Source: Candidatus Omnitrophota bacterium
GTDB taxonomy: Bacteria > Omnitrophota > Gorgyraeia > Duberdicusellales > 4484-171
Reading direction: 5' to 3'
Length of the DNA: 64,000 bases
Assembly: GCA_014729775.1 (NCBI GenBank)
Contig: WJJJ01000006.1
Coordinates: forward strand, 16,694 to 80,693
Part shown: in pieces, positions 1 through 10,054 of the stretch
How the letters are laid out: the number at the start of each line of letters is the position of its first letter
How positions within the stretch are numbered: the first letter of the stretch is position 1
Translations under genes and position numbers: made by a program
The notes under the pieces: generated by a model
What the model was told of the DNA's origin: nothing
Databases searched by the model: none
Seen by the model: the letters and a program-made list of their open reading frames with translations, nothing else

Positions 1-894
1 CATCCTTTTTTCATTGTCTCTCTTTCCCTGCCGCCTTCGGAGCTTGACGTCAACGTACACCCCACCAAACGAGAGGTGAAACTGAAACACGAAACCGAAA
101 TAATCCGGATACTGCGCCGGGTCTGTGAAAACGCGCTCGTTTCCGACAGCAAAGCGAAACAGGCGGCGCAGCCGTTTACCCTGCGCGAACCCTCCGTTGA
201 AGGGCTCCGTGGGGAAGAAGCCGAAACTGCAGGCGTATCCCCCGATCCGGCCGCGAACACACCGCCGCGCCAGTATACTCTGGATACCGCAACCCCGTCT
301 TCCACTCCTGCCGCGCCTGCGCCCGGCAGGCTGAAAGATCTGCTCACGGCCGCTCGGTACATCGGACCGTTCCGCAAGAAATACCTACTGTTCGAAGCCG
401 ACCGTTCCCTTCTGATCATCGACCAGCATGCCGCGCAGGAACGGATCACTTATGAACAACTGCTCACCCAGGCATCCCGCGGCCGGGTCGAATCGCAACG
501 GCTTTTGGAACCGGTATTAGTTCGCGTTTCAGCGCAGGAAATACTTCTGTGGGAAATCCTGGAATCAAAACTGGAAAAACTCGGCTTCTCCACTACGAAA
601 TGGTCCCCGGACACGCTGGCAGTTCATGCTCATCCCGCGCTGATTACCGAAGCGGAAATCGCACTGCGGAATCTGCTGACCAAAGAAGAACGTACCGGAT
701 TCAATCTCGAAAACCTCGCTCGGCGGGCCTGTAAAGATTCTCTCACCGCCGGCTACCGGATGGACCCGGCCCAGGCAAAATTCATCATGCGCCAGCTTTG
801 CTCGTGTGCCGATCCTTTCGTCTGCCCGCACGGCCGTCCGACGGTAGCTGAAATACGGGAACATACTTTTGAGCGTGAATTTTTACGAAGGTAG
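1..894 (+). CDS. mutL: DNA mismatch repair protein MutL, C-terminal portion (5' end upstream of window)
   Basis: Frame 1 is open from base 1 (..LDVNVHPTKREVKLK..). Contains LLIIDQHAAQERITYE and FVCPHGRP motifs of the MutL C-terminal dimerisation domain. Confidence 0.85.
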   Translation, partial: HPFFIVSLSLPPSELDVNVHPTKREVKLKHETEIIRILRRVCENALVSDSKAKQAAQPFTLREPSVEGLRGEEAETAGVSPDPAANTPPRQYTLDTATPSSTPAAPAPGRLKDLLTAARYIGPFRKKYLLFEADRSLLIIDQHAAQERITYEQLLTQASRGRVESQRLLEPVLVRVSAQEILLWEILESKLEKLGFSTTKWSPDTLAVHAHPALITEAEIALRNLLTKEERTGFNLENLARRACKDSLTAGYRMDPAQAKFIMRQLCSCADPFVCPHGRPTVAEIREHTFEREFLRR

Positions 895-1003
895 GGAAAT
901 GAGTAAGAGGGGATCCCTGCAGAATCCTCTCTCCTTCCGTGGCTGGCCAGAATAACTCTCTCTTCCCAAGATGAACATGCGATAAACAAGGGTTTCGTGA
1001 AAT

Positions 1004-1582
1004 TTACCGCCGGAACTCGCTCAAACTAAGCCACCAATCGTTACAGCCCATCGAGCCGGCGGTATCCCACAGACGGCGGGCACTTTCGGTGTGCAGGTAC
1101 CGCGGCGCCTTGCGCATGAATTTTTCCGCCTGCTGAAATCCCTGCTCATGATATTCCTTCGCCTGAATCAGGCATTCCAGAATATCGGCATCGCGTGCGA
1201 TATGGCTTTCCGGCGACAGCTGATCGCAGTACTCGGCGCGCATGCAGGAGAATTCATCCTTCATCGCCGGCGGTAATTTTTCGATCTGCTCCGCGAAACA
1301 CGAATCCTCGGCACGGGGAAGGTCAAAATATTTCTGAGCGAGTTTATGGAGATCCGTAATGCGCGCTTCGTGAATATCATTAAACAGCGTCATCAGCAGC
1401 ACCCGGTAAGGATGCACATTCTCCAGACGGGCCAGCACGTATCCGATCACCGCGCAGCGAAAGCTGTGGTCGGCGACGCTCTCCGCCGACGGAACGCCTA
1501 CTACCGACCATCCCGAACGGCGGACACGTTTCAGCATTCCCGCTTCCAGCACAAACTGAAAAATATTTTGGTAATTATCCAT
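1004..1582 (-). CDS. HD-domain hydrolase, YfbR-like 5'-deoxynucleotidase family
   Basis: The RVRRSGW..VADHSFRCAVIGYVLA...FNDIHEARITDL pattern (H..HD..D) is typical of COG1896 HD hydrolases. Confidence 0.7.
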   Translation of the reverse strand: MDNYQNIFQFVLEAGMLKRVRRSGWSVVGVPSAESVADHSFRCAVIGYVLARLENVHPYRVLLMTLFNDIHEARITDLHKLAQKYFDLPRAEDSCFAEQIEKLPPAMKDEFSCMRAEYCDQLSPESHIARDADILECLIQAKEYHEQGFQQAEKFMRKAPRYLHTESARRLWDTAGSMGCNDWWLSLSEFRR

Positions 1583-2318
1583 TCATCTCCCGCTGCTTTG
1601 CAACTTCATAACAGAATATCGCGCAGGCCATGGCCACGTTCAGTGAAAGCGCCGCTCCCTGCATGGGAATGCACGTTTCAATGTCCAGGTGCTTGCGCAC
1701 CCCGTAACGGACGCCCGCGCCTTCCGATCCGAGCACGATACCCGCCGGACAGGGAATACTTAATTCGGGGAGCTTTTTCGCTTCCCCGGAGAGCACCCCC
1801 CCCAGGAGCCAGTATCCGTGCTTTTTCGCCTCAAGCAGCGCGTTGGAAAGATTTGCAACCTTGCACACCGGCACATAGTTTTCTCCGCCGGAAGCCACAT
1901 GCAGTACCGCTTCAGTAACCTCACAGGCCTTATGAGCCGGGATGACCACGGCAAACTTCCCGAAACAGGCCGCCGTGCGGATGATCACTCCCAGATTCTG
2001 CGGATCATGGAGCCGGTCAAGGAAAATGAGCGTGTACCGTTGGCGGCGCTCATCACACAAGGTGAAATCCTCCAGCGCGGCGTATTCGAACCGCTGTACC
2101 CGGGCGACGATACCCTGAAGATCCCGGGCGGGTTTCATGCTTTCCAGCTTCTTCGCCGACACAGTCTCTACCGGAATCCGGTTGCGGCGGAGGGCCTTTT
2201 CGATATGCGGAACGTCGAAACTGTCACGCACGAATACTTTCCGCACGGTGTGGGGATTGGTTTTAAGCCGTTCATATACGGAATTCCTCCCGTACAACAG
2301 CATGTATTTTTTTACCAT
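1575..2318 (-). CDS. rlmB: 23S rRNA 2'-O-ribose methyltransferase, TrmH/SpoU family (RlmB-like)
   Basis: N-terminal SpoU substrate-binding region (LLYGRNSVYERL) and SpoU methylase motifs (LDRLHDPQNLGVIIRTA, GSEGAG..G, LSLNVA). Confidence 0.75.
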   Translation of the reverse strand: MVKKYMLLYGRNSVYERLKTNPHTVRKVFVRDSFDVPHIEKALRRNRIPVETVSAKKLESMKPARDLQGIVARVQRFEYAALEDFTLCDERRQRYTLIFLDRLHDPQNLGVIIRTAACFGKFAVVIPAHKACEVTEAVLHVASGGENYVPVCKVANLSNALLEAKKHGYWLLGGVLSGEAKKLPELSIPCPAGIVLGSEGAGVRYGVRKHLDIETCIPMQGAALSLNVAMACAIFCYEVAKQREMNG

Positions 2319-2336
2319 GTTGCTGCGGATATATCC

Positions 2337-2576
2337 CTAATCCATCTGCTGGATCGCTTCCTGCAATAACGGCAAAACGTGCTCGGCCTCTTCTTTGGTA
2401 AGACGGCCCAACTTCGCGAAACGATATTCTCCGCTCTGGTCCTTGTTTTCACGGCTGATCTGAATCTTCTTCGCGCCCTTGTTATACGAATAAATCTTCA
2501 CCGACAGCCGTTCATACTCATTCTCCCAGTCCTTGGAAAACACGCATTCGTCCAGATTCGGATCGTAGGGCATCAC
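2337..2576 (-). CDS. small protein, possible PC4/YdbC-like single-stranded nucleic-acid-binding fold
   Basis: 79 aa; the central region (KIQISRENKDQSGEYRFAKLGRLTKEEAEHVL) weakly resembles bacterial PC4-like proteins. Confidence 0.3.
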   Translation of the reverse strand: MMPYDPNLDECVFSKDWENEYERLSVKIYSYNKGAKKIQISRENKDQSGEYRFAKLGRLTKEEAEHVLPLLQEAIQQMD

Positions 2577-2788
2577 AACCTCCTTTTTTCATACCCGATC
2601 ACACACACAAACTCAAAATCCTCAAGAACCGCAAAACCTAAAATTCAACACCGAAAAATATTCCGAAAGTGACCATTTCTGCTACTTCTACGTTTTTGGC
2701 TCTGCCCTCTTACTTCTTATTTCTTACTACTTACTTCTTTCTTCCCCCTGAGGATCACGCATCCAGGATCCGGAACCTCCCCAAATGT

Positions 2789-3337
2789 TCATCCCACCCA
2801 AAAATTATTTTTCTTCGCCGTTTGCCGGTCAATCATCACATGCTTATCCGGCACCATGCGTAAACTTTCGTGAATCGCCTGATCGAAGGTATACAGCTCG
2901 ATATGCTTGGCATGATATTCCTTGATCTGTTTAATCACATCGACAAAATCCGAATCTCCGGTGATCAGCGCGGCCACATCGTAATGGTTCATCACGGCTT
3001 TGGAAAACATATCCACCGCAATCTTTACGTCCAGACCCTTCTGCATCCAGTCTTTATTCATGCGCACCAGGCGGCCGAGCTTTACCTCAAAATAAGGAAT
3101 ATGCACTTTCAGATTGTGCAGGTAATCCCTCTGTTCCTGAAACGTATGCGGGTTCTCCTCCTGACTGAATTCCGCCGAATAGTAATAACAGCGTATGAGG
3201 TGACGTCTTCGTGACACCCATTTGATGATATTTCCCCAGTGAATTTCCTTTCGGCGCACAAACCCGCGTTTGCCCTTAATTTCCTTCATTTTCTGCACGA
3301 CGTATTCCGCGTCGATAAAAATCATGATTCTTTTCAT
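2789..3337 (-). CDS. NYN-domain (LabA/DUF88-like, PIN-fold) protein
   Basis: IMIFIDAEYV ... ITGDSDFVDVIKQIKEYHAKHIELYTF is the NYN/LabA signature. Confidence 0.65.
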   Translation of the reverse strand: MKRIMIFIDAEYVVQKMKEIKGKRGFVRRKEIHWGNIIKWVSRRRHLIRCYYYSAEFSQEENPHTFQEQRDYLHNLKVHIPYFEVKLGRLVRMNKDWMQKGLDVKIAVDMFSKAVMNHYDVAALITGDSDFVDVIKQIKEYHAKHIELYTFDQAIHESLRMVPDKHVMIDRQTAKKNNFWVG

Positions 3338-3362
3338 TGTATTTCCTTTATGTTTTTCGTTT

Positions 3363-3899
3363 CTATTGTACTTTGCGTATATACTTGCGCAGCGCGCGCC
3401 ATGTGTTCTCGCCTATCTTCCCGTCGGCCGTCAGCCCCTTTTCTTTCTGAAAGCGGACCAGCGCTTTCCGGGTGCGCGGCCCTTTTTTCCCGTCAATCGG
3501 ACCGGGATCATAGCCCGCGTTCACCAGCGCCTGCTGCATTTCCCTCATATTGATCTTGGAAGGAGAAAAATCGGCCTCATAGATCCTGACCAGCGAATCC
3601 CATGTCTTGTGGTCGGCGTATCCGGTCACGTTGAGTCCGAAATCCTCCTGAAATTCCCGCAGCGCGTCCCGGGTATGAAATCCCAGTTCTCCGTCGGGCG
3701 TACCCGGATTGTATCCGGCCGATTTGAGTAATTCCTGCAGTTCCTCCACTTTCGGATTATATCCGGCCACATCCCCGAACAACTCGCGTTCCTGCGCCAT
3801 TTCTTTCTGCAAAACCCGGAGCAGGAAATCGCATCCGCTGCACATCGTCCCTCCCAGTAACAGTACCGCAATCGCGGCGCCAATTCTGATCCGCCCCAT
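3363..3899 (-). CDS. secreted/lipoprotein with three peptidoglycan-binding (PG_binding_1) repeats
   Basis: Signal peptide with Cys; three repeats of the ..GY.PG..DG..G..T..AL..FQ...GL...G pattern. Confidence 0.6.
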   Translation of the reverse strand: MGRIRIGAAIAVLLLGGTMCSGCDFLLRVLQKEMAQERELFGDVAGYNPKVEELQELLKSAGYNPGTPDGELGFHTRDALREFQEDFGLNVTGYADHKTWDSLVRIYEADFSPSKINMREMQQALVNAGYDPGPIDGKKGPRTRKALVRFQKEKGLTADGKIGENTWRALRKYIRKVQ

Positions 3900-3901
3900 A
3901 C

Positions 3902-4120
3902 TTAAGATTTACGGTAGGTAATTCTTCCTTTACTGAGATCATAGGGGGAGAGTTCCACCTTTACTTTGTCGCCGGGAAGAATCCGGATGAAGAATTTGCG
4001 CATCTTTCCGCTTGGATACGCAGTGATCTTGTGTCCGTTCTCCAGCTCAACCCGGAACAATGAATTACCCAATACTTCCGATACTTTACCTTCGACCTCT
4101 ATGGCCTCTTCTTTTCCCAT
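3902..4120 (-). CDS. infA: translation initiation factor IF-1
   Basis: The internal ATG gives a 72-aa protein [66 protein letters not shown], the canonical IF-1 S1 fold. The longer 120-aa ORF is an upstream extension. Confidence 0.85.
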   Translation of the reverse strand: MGKEEAIEVEGKVSEVLGNSLFRVELENGHKITAYPSGKMRKFFIRILPGDKVKVELSPYDLSKGRITYRKS

Positions 4121-4800
4121 ACACCCTCCTTTTTTTGAAAATTTTGTCCTCTGTTCTCCCCTCGCGACATCGTTTCCTCCAACAGCCCTACCCGAAGACC
4201 GCAGGCGCGTATGCTTCGCACCAGCGCCGGCAGGATAGAAATCGTCGAGTCGCGTTTCCCCCACAGTGATTTTTCCGCCCCGTCATGAAGAAGAAAAATA
4301 TCACCCGGGGAAACTTCTCCGCCGAGCAAACTCCGGCGCATCAAAAACGGAACTCCCATCCAGTCATAGCTGGACTTCGACCAGCGCACCGAAATATACC
4401 CCAGTTCGCGCACACTCCGTTCCATGGCCGCGTGAAACCAGTCCCATAACGCCCAGGTCGGCCGAAAATAACGGGGCTCGGTCCCGGTAATATCGGCAAT
4501 CGCTTTGTGCGCGTCAGCTACTTCCCCGCGCATCGCCCGGTAATTCAGGATCGGACTCACCGGATGAGAGTAGGTGTGGTTGCCGATCTCATGCCCCTGC
4601 TGGGCTATCCGCCGCACCAGAGCCGAATAACGCGCTGCCCTTCGGCCGACGAGAAAGAAACTCGCGCGGACCTCGTAACGGGCCAGCACGTCGAGAAGCC
4701 GGGGGGTATATTCCGGATGCGGCCCGTCGTCGAACGTCAGCGCCACGCATCCCGCGGCCGGACTTATGCTCTCTTGGACGACTAACCCGCTTTTATTCAT
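4099..4800 (-). CDS. polysaccharide deacetylase (NodB-homology domain)
   Basis: [26 protein letters not shown] motifs. The 3' end overlaps the infA start by ~20 nt. Confidence 0.75.
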   Translation of the reverse strand: MNKSGLVVQESISPAAGCVALTFDDGPHPEYTPRLLDVLARYEVRASFFLVGRRAARYSALVRRIAQQGHEIGNHTYSHPVSPILNYRAMRGEVADAHKAIADITGTEPRYFRPTWALWDWFHAAMERSVRELGYISVRWSKSSYDWMGVPFLMRRSLLGGEVSPGDIFLLHDGAEKSLWGKRDSTISILPALVRSIRACGLRVGLLEETMSRGENRGQNFQKKEGVWEKKRP

Positions 4801-5473
4801 ACCTTTTCCCGTATTCCATATAATACAGAGGCGCGCGATGAAGCCATGCCTCCCAGGTCTTCACCCGAGTCACGTCCAGCCGGCGGAACCCGAACCGTTC
4901 AAAAAACGCAAACCGCGGCACCTGCCGCAATGCCCTGAACCGGATACCCCAGCGCCGCCGCGCCGCTTCCTCCAGCAGGGGAATCAACAGTTTCCGGCCG
5001 ATGCCCCGGCCGCGGTATCCGTCCATGATATTCTGATGTATGTGCACCGGATATTCGCGCGCGGCGCACGGCCGCAGCCGGGCATCCCCCTGAAAGGCGG
5101 AGAGCACATTGTATTTAATCATTCGTCCGGTTTTGGCGCTGAAAATCTTTCCCCGCGCGAGCATTTTGGCCAGGCTCACCGGCAATATCCTCAAAAGCAT
5201 CGTTCTGGAGTAGGCGCGGTCATCAACGCAGGCGCACACATACCCGACAGGTGTGCCCTGTTCTTCAGCGACCCAGGTGTATCTCGAATCATAATCAGTA
5301 AAATATTTCATTACCAGATCCGCGAGCAGTTCCCTGTCGGGAAAGAACACCTCGCACGGCTCGCCGAAATGCGCGGTATCACAACAAATGCGCCGCAGGG
5401 CATCCCGGTCTTTCGGTAAAAATTTCCTCACCGTAATCCGGGCCGCCTCATTCCGCGGAGAAACGGTTGTCAT
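4793..5473 (-). CDS. GNAT-family N-acetyltransferase
   Basis: Acetyl-CoA binding motif Q/R-x-x-G-x-G/A (YRGRGIGRKLL). Start placed at MTTVSPRNEA.. inside the longer ORF. Confidence 0.7.
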   Translation of the reverse strand: MTTVSPRNEAARITVRKFLPKDRDALRRICCDTAHFGEPCEVFFPDRELLADLVMKYFTDYDSRYTWVAEEQGTPVGYVCACVDDRAYSRTMLLRILPVSLAKMLARGKIFSAKTGRMIKYNVLSAFQGDARLRPCAAREYPVHIHQNIMDGYRGRGIGRKLLIPLLEEAARRRWGIRFRALRQVPRFAFFERFGFRRLDVTRVKTWEAWLHRAPLYYMEYGKRYE

Positions 5474-6026
5474 CAGACTCCTCCGGCAAATATGTAAATC
5501 GATATTTTGCTTTGGCAAGCTTTTCGAACAGCGCCGCTTCCTGGCTGAACGACGGCGAAATATCGACAATTTTGGAAAATCCCTCCCAGATCCCAAACCA
5601 CCCTAAAGGCATTAATACGATCCCGACTATTTCCAGCGTGAATTCACTGAATATCCGGTAATAGGCCGCAAACGTGAGTGACGCGAGAAAAAAAATCCCG
5701 AAACACACGAACATCGCGCCGCGCAGCCGTACGCGGCGAATTTCTTTGAGCCGCCTCAGCGAACGCTGCCGGAAATGCCGCGAAAGGCGCTGCGTAACCA
5801 TCGTTTCAGACTGCGGATCCCGGAGATCTTTGGGGGCACAGATCGTCACCGCTAAATCTCCGGTTTTTGTCTCCCGGTAGCGCTTGCGTAATTCCTGCAT
5901 AAAATCTTCCGAGAGAGTCCGTTGATTGAGCGGAGACGGATCAAAATCGGAAAACACATCATCCCAATCGTCGATCGCGATGACAATGTTATTTAAGCGT
6001 TTGAACTGGCTTTGTTCACCTTTCAT
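5448..6026 (-). CDS. hypothetical membrane protein (2 C-terminal TM helices)
   Basis: ORF with hydrophobic segments (FVCFGIFFLASLTFAAYY, IVGIVLMPLGWFGIW). No recognisable motif. Confidence 0.4.
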   Translation of the reverse strand: MKGEQSQFKRLNNIVIAIDDWDDVFSDFDPSPLNQRTLSEDFMQELRKRYRETKTGDLAVTICAPKDLRDPQSETMVTQRLSRHFRQRSLRRLKEIRRVRLRGAMFVCFGIFFLASLTFAAYYRIFSEFTLEIVGIVLMPLGWFGIWEGFSKIVDISPSFSQEAALFEKLAKAKYRFTYLPEESDDNRFSAE

Positions 6027-6086
6027 ATGAAATTTTTTGATTATAGCAAAAATCAGGCACGATGTCGAGATGCAGCGTGCATGGAT

Positions 6087-7319
6087 TTATTCTCCCCGTT
6101 CCCGCCACAGGAAGACCTTGTCACCGGGACGGACCCGGAACGGGAGCTTCACTCCGGCACGCTGCCCCTGTTCGGCTGCGGCAACACGCTGATGTTCCTG
6201 TTCTATTTCGCGCACTATCGCCGAAAGACCCGGGGTATGCCTGCCCCGCACAAGGACCCGATCACCCTGCCGAAGCCGGTGATGGGAGATTTTTATTTCG
6301 GCAACGCTGATTTTACTGAAAAAACGCACTATTCTGCCGATATATATTTTTTCCCGGGTATGCTCCAGTCCCTGACTCCATTCTTCCCGCGGAACGCCGA
6401 AATAAAAGCCCGAAGAAAACCCGCGCGTATAGACCCGGCTCAATTCGCGTCGGTAGGCGTCTTTTTTACCGGCGTCCAGTGTACCGTCTTGCCAGTCATC
6501 AATCGCCCGGCGGTACACGCCCGTAACCGTTCCCACGTATTCCGGGGCACGTTTGCGACCTTCTATTTTACAGGCGTCCACCCCGGCATCCAGCAGGCGA
6601 TCCAGGAAATCTATAGTACAAAGGTCTTTGGGACTCAGGACGTAATTTTGGCCGAGGACGAAAGACGCATCGCCGTCGCTATCGATAATACGGTATTCCC
6701 GGCGACAAGGCTGGACACACTCGCCGCGATTGGCTGATTTCCCGTGGTGATAGAGAGAAAGAAAACAGCGTCCGGAAACGCTCACGCACATCGCGCCGTG
6801 GATAAACACCTCTATCTCCATTGCCTGCTCTGCTGCGCCCGGACGTAATTTTCGGATGTGTGCGAGCGAACACTCCCTGGCCAGAACCGCCCGGCGCACG
6901 CCCTGTTCCCGGTAACAAGCCAAAGCCGCCTGATTCGCCGCGCTGGCCTGTGTGGATAAATGCACCGGGAGATGATGCTTGGCGGCGGACGTGATTACTC
7001 CCATATCCCAGGCAATCACCGCGTCGACTCCTGCCGCGGACGCTTCGCTCAGGATCCTCTCCGCTTTCTTGAGCTCATCATCAAATACAAAAACGTTCAA
7101 GGCCAGATACGCTTTGCAGCCGTGATGATGCAGAAAACGAACAACCTTGGCTAATTCTAAAAGGTCAAAATTGCGGGCGAGATTCCTCATATTGAGTCCC
7201 CGCACGCCGAAATACACCGCATCCGCCCCGTTTTCCACCGCGGCCCGCAGCCCGGCCCAATCCCCGCCCGGCGCGACAAGTTCCGGTTTTCGCCTCTTTT
7301 TCCCTTTTCCCTCACTCAT
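6087..7319 (-). CDS. peptidase U32 family protein (collagenase-like)
   Basis: N-terminal TIM-barrel region (ELVAPGGDWAGLRAAVENGADAVYFG) and conserved E..C..SGRC..S core of U32 peptidases. Confidence 0.75.
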   Translation of the reverse strand: MSEGKGKKRRKPELVAPGGDWAGLRAAVENGADAVYFGVRGLNMRNLARNFDLLELAKVVRFLHHHGCKAYLALNVFVFDDELKKAERILSEASAAGVDAVIAWDMGVITSAAKHHLPVHLSTQASAANQAALACYREQGVRRAVLARECSLAHIRKLRPGAAEQAMEIEVFIHGAMCVSVSGRCFLSLYHHGKSANRGECVQPCRREYRIIDSDGDASFVLGQNYVLSPKDLCTIDFLDRLLDAGVDACKIEGRKRAPEYVGTVTGVYRRAIDDWQDGTLDAGKKDAYRRELSRVYTRGFSSGFYFGVPREEWSQGLEHTREKIYIGRIVRFFSKISVAEIKISHHRLRQGDRVLVRGRHTPGLSAIVREIEQEHQRVAAAEQGQRAGVKLPFRVRPGDKVFLWRERGE

Positions 7320-8500
7320 AATTCACTGTTTTCCCGCGAGAGCAGACGGGCCCGCTGGATCGCCCCTGATCCGTACCTGGCCCTGATCTGTTCCACCGCC
7401 CGGTGCATCTGTTCCTGCCGTTCTTCGCGGCAGCCGTGGAACAGGAAATCCTTCTCCTCCTCCGGAACGAACTCAGACAGCCTGACCCCAAGCAGACGAA
7501 TTTTCCTACCTCCGGCGTCGAATCCGCGATACAACCGCCTGACCGCGGCGTATACCGTATCAACGAAATTAGTCGAAGCATTCATGGTACAGGTCCGCGT
7601 ATAGGTACGGAACCCTTCAAGCCGGATCTTCAGGCTCACTGTTTTTCCCTTATAGTGCTGAGCGCGCAGACGCGCCACTACATCCTCGCACAACCGCAGG
7701 AGATCGGTCTCCCGGCATTCATCTTTGAGGACATCCCGGGAATAGGTCAACTCCCGGCTGATCGATTTCGGTTCAGTCCCTGTCTCGATACCCCGGGGAT
7801 CAATCCCCCACGCAAGCTGATAAAGATGTGTGCCTGCCCTTCCCAGTTCCCGGTTGAGCAGAGCGGGATCCGCCCGCGCGATCTGTCCAATGCTCTGTAT
7901 ACCCATCACATGAAGCACCTCTTCCGTTTTTTTCCCCACTCCCCACAGCTTTCCGATCGGAAGACGCCATAAGAACCGAAGCTGTCCGGCCTCCGCGATG
8001 CAGGTAAACCCGTCCGGTTTACGGTAGTCGGAGGCGATTTTAGCGAGAAGCTTCGACGAAGCCAACCCTATTGAGGCAGTCAATTCCGTTTCCTCAAAAA
8101 TTACGCGTTTCATCCGGCGGCAGGCATTCTGCGGTCCGCCGAATAAATGCGCGCTTCCTGAAATATCAAGGAAGGCTTCATCAATACTTACCTTTTCGAT
8201 CAAAGGAGTAAACTGTTCCAGGATACGCAGAATTCGTGCCGATTCTCGCGCGTAGCGCCCCATGCGCACCGGTTGGAATTCCGCGCCGGGACAAAGTTGA
8301 TACGCCCGCGAAATCGGCATGGCCGAATGAATCCCGTACTTGCGTGCCTCATAGGAACAAGTCGACACTACCCCCCGTCCCCGACCGCCCAGAGGATCGG
8401 CTCCCACCACCACCGGTTTCCCCCGTAGTTCGGACCGGTCGCGCTGTTCTATGGCCGCGAAAAACGCGTCCATGTCGATGTGGACAATGTGCCTGGACAT
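7316..8500 (-). CDS. dinB: DNA polymerase IV (Y-family)
   Basis: IVHIDMDAFFAAIEQRD, GKPVVVG, VSTCSYEARKYGI, little-finger domain. 4-nt ATGA overlap with the U32 gene. Confidence 0.85.
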   Translation of the reverse strand: MSRHIVHIDMDAFFAAIEQRDRSELRGKPVVVGADPLGGRGRGVVSTCSYEARKYGIHSAMPISRAYQLCPGAEFQPVRMGRYARESARILRILEQFTPLIEKVSIDEAFLDISGSAHLFGGPQNACRRMKRVIFEETELTASIGLASSKLLAKIASDYRKPDGFTCIAEAGQLRFLWRLPIGKLWGVGKKTEEVLHVMGIQSIGQIARADPALLNRELGRAGTHLYQLAWGIDPRGIETGTEPKSISRELTYSRDVLKDECRETDLLRLCEDVVARLRAQHYKGKTVSLKIRLEGFRTYTRTCTMNASTNFVDTVYAAVRRLYRGFDAGGRKIRLLGVRLSEFVPEEEKDFLFHGCREERQEQMHRAVEQIRARYGSGAIQRARLLSRENSEL

Positions 8501-8775
8501 ACCCTGCTTCAAACTCTAAACTCTCACTCCAAGACTCTGAATTCCCGCGATTATTTCTTACGCAGTGGCGGGATCCCGTTGAATACCCGAAGCGGCGCGG
8601 AATAACTCGAAAAGAGTCCCGATACATAATCGGGATTTCGGTAAAAAATCATGGCATTTTAAAAAACTTCAAAAAGAAAGAATTTTTTTGTTAAAAGGGC
8701 ATCTGCTTTGATCTTTGATTTTTTTTAGGATGCAGGATTTTGAGCTGAGAGTTTCGTCCTTCAAATTCAAGGCGA

Positions 8776-8967
8776 TCATTCGATATCTTCAAATTCCGCG
8801 TCGATAATTTTCTCTTCTTTTTCCGGCCGGCGAGTCTTCCGGGGATGAGACCGGGGCTTTCGGGAAAAAAACAATTTGTGCAGGAATGAAAACAGGATCG
8901 AGCTCAGCCAGAACGCGAACAAAAATAAGAGAATGAACTTCACTAAGGAAAGCAGCACCTGTCCCAT
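8776..8967 (-). CDS. small hypothetical membrane protein
   Basis: 63-aa ORF with one TM helix followed by a basic and then acidic tail; 4 nt from the MscS gene. Confidence 0.3.
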   Translation of the reverse strand: MGQVLLSLVKFILLFLFAFWLSSILFSFLHKLFFSRKPRSHPRKTRRPEKEEKIIDAEFEDIE

Positions 8968-8970
8968 TGT

Positions 8971-10038
8971 TTACTCCTTCGAAGAATTTCCGTATTTCTG
9001 GAGATAGAGCAGCTGGGTCGGATAGGCGAAATCGATACCGCTGGTTTCAAACCGTTCCTTCAACGCCAGATTGATCGTCTGCTGAATATCCATGTATTTG
9101 TTGTAGTCACTGCCCAGGATGTAATACACTACTTCGAAATCGAGGCTGAAGTTCCCGAAAGAGAAAAAATGCGCCCGGTCAAACGCGGTATCGGGGATCG
9201 ACTTGACGATCTCCTCTACCGCCGGAGGAATTTCTTTCAGCCGCTCGAGCGGAGTTTCATAGGTTACGCCGAATTTAAATACGACCCGCCGCCGTTCCAT
9301 CCTTTTGTAGTTGCGGATACGGGAATTCGTAAGATCGGTATTGGAAAAAATAAGCTGTTCTCCCCCCAGACTGCGTATCCTTGTCGTTTTGATCCCAATA
9401 TGCTCGATCACCCCGAGATAATCTCCGGTAATGATAAAATCTCCCAGTTCAAACGGCCGGTCGAACAAAATCGCGAAGTAACTGAACAGATCGCCGAGCA
9501 CGGTCTGTGCCGCCAGCGCCACCGCCACTCCGCCGATCCCCAGCCCCGCGACCACGGTGGACACGTTGTATCCGAGATTATCCAGGAGAAAAATGACCGC
9601 GAAAACCCATATCAATACCTTAATAAGCCGCATGATGCCCTGCAGACTTTTCTGCATGAGCGTCCCCTGCTCGGTCCGGTACGAACAATAAAGCTTAAAC
9701 CCGCATCCGGCAAGCATAACGAAAAACCGGGCGGTAAAAAACGTGAGCACCCCGGTCACGGCGAGACCCATGCCGTCGTCGAACGCGGCGGGCAGAGTAA
9801 GTGTACGCAGGGCGAGATACAATATTACGAAATATGCCAAGGGGAAACCCACGTTCCGGGTAATACAAATCAGAAAATCATCCACCCAGGTGCGGGTTTT
9901 TTCCGCCCAGACCTTCAGTTTGCGCAGGACAAAAAACTTCAGTATCCGCATCAGCAGGTACCCCAAGCAGAATATCCCCGCCGCGATCAAATATTCCATC
10001 ACCCGGTTGTTCGCGTATTCCATCTCCAGAAAGTTCAA
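8971..10038 (-). CDS. mechanosensitive ion channel, MscS family
   Basis: TM helices followed by the conserved MscS beta-domain (GDFIITGDYLGVIEHIGIKTTRIRSLGGEQLIFSN). Confidence 0.8.
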   Translation of the reverse strand: MNFLEMEYANNRVMEYLIAAGIFCLGYLLMRILKFFVLRKLKVWAEKTRTWVDDFLICITRNVGFPLAYFVILYLALRTLTLPAAFDDGMGLAVTGVLTFFTARFFVMLAGCGFKLYCSYRTEQGTLMQKSLQGIMRLIKVLIWVFAVIFLLDNLGYNVSTVVAGLGIGGVAVALAAQTVLGDLFSYFAILFDRPFELGDFIITGDYLGVIEHIGIKTTRIRSLGGEQLIFSNTDLTNSRIRNYKRMERRRVVFKFGVTYETPLERLKEIPPAVEEIVKSIPDTAFDRAHFFSFGNFSLDFEVVYYILGSDYNKYMDIQQTINLALKERFETSGIDFAYPTQLLYLQKYGNSSKE

Positions 10039-10054
10039 TCGGCCTCCTTCTCTT

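Noticed and set aside
3902-4264. 120-aa form of the infA ORF with a 48-aa Arg/Gly-rich N-terminal extension
   Set aside because: IF-1 is universally ~72 aa. The internal ATG at 4120 gives the canonical protein, and the extension overlaps the deacetylase gene.
8513-8775. tRNA/rRNA genes in intergenic gaps (8513-8775, 28785-29469, 37006-37195, 47535-48148, 52490-52717, 56472-56687)
   Set aside because: No cloverleaf-compatible stretch with a GTTCGA-type T-arm or CCA-adjacent acceptor stem was seen, and no rRNA-like conserved blocks.
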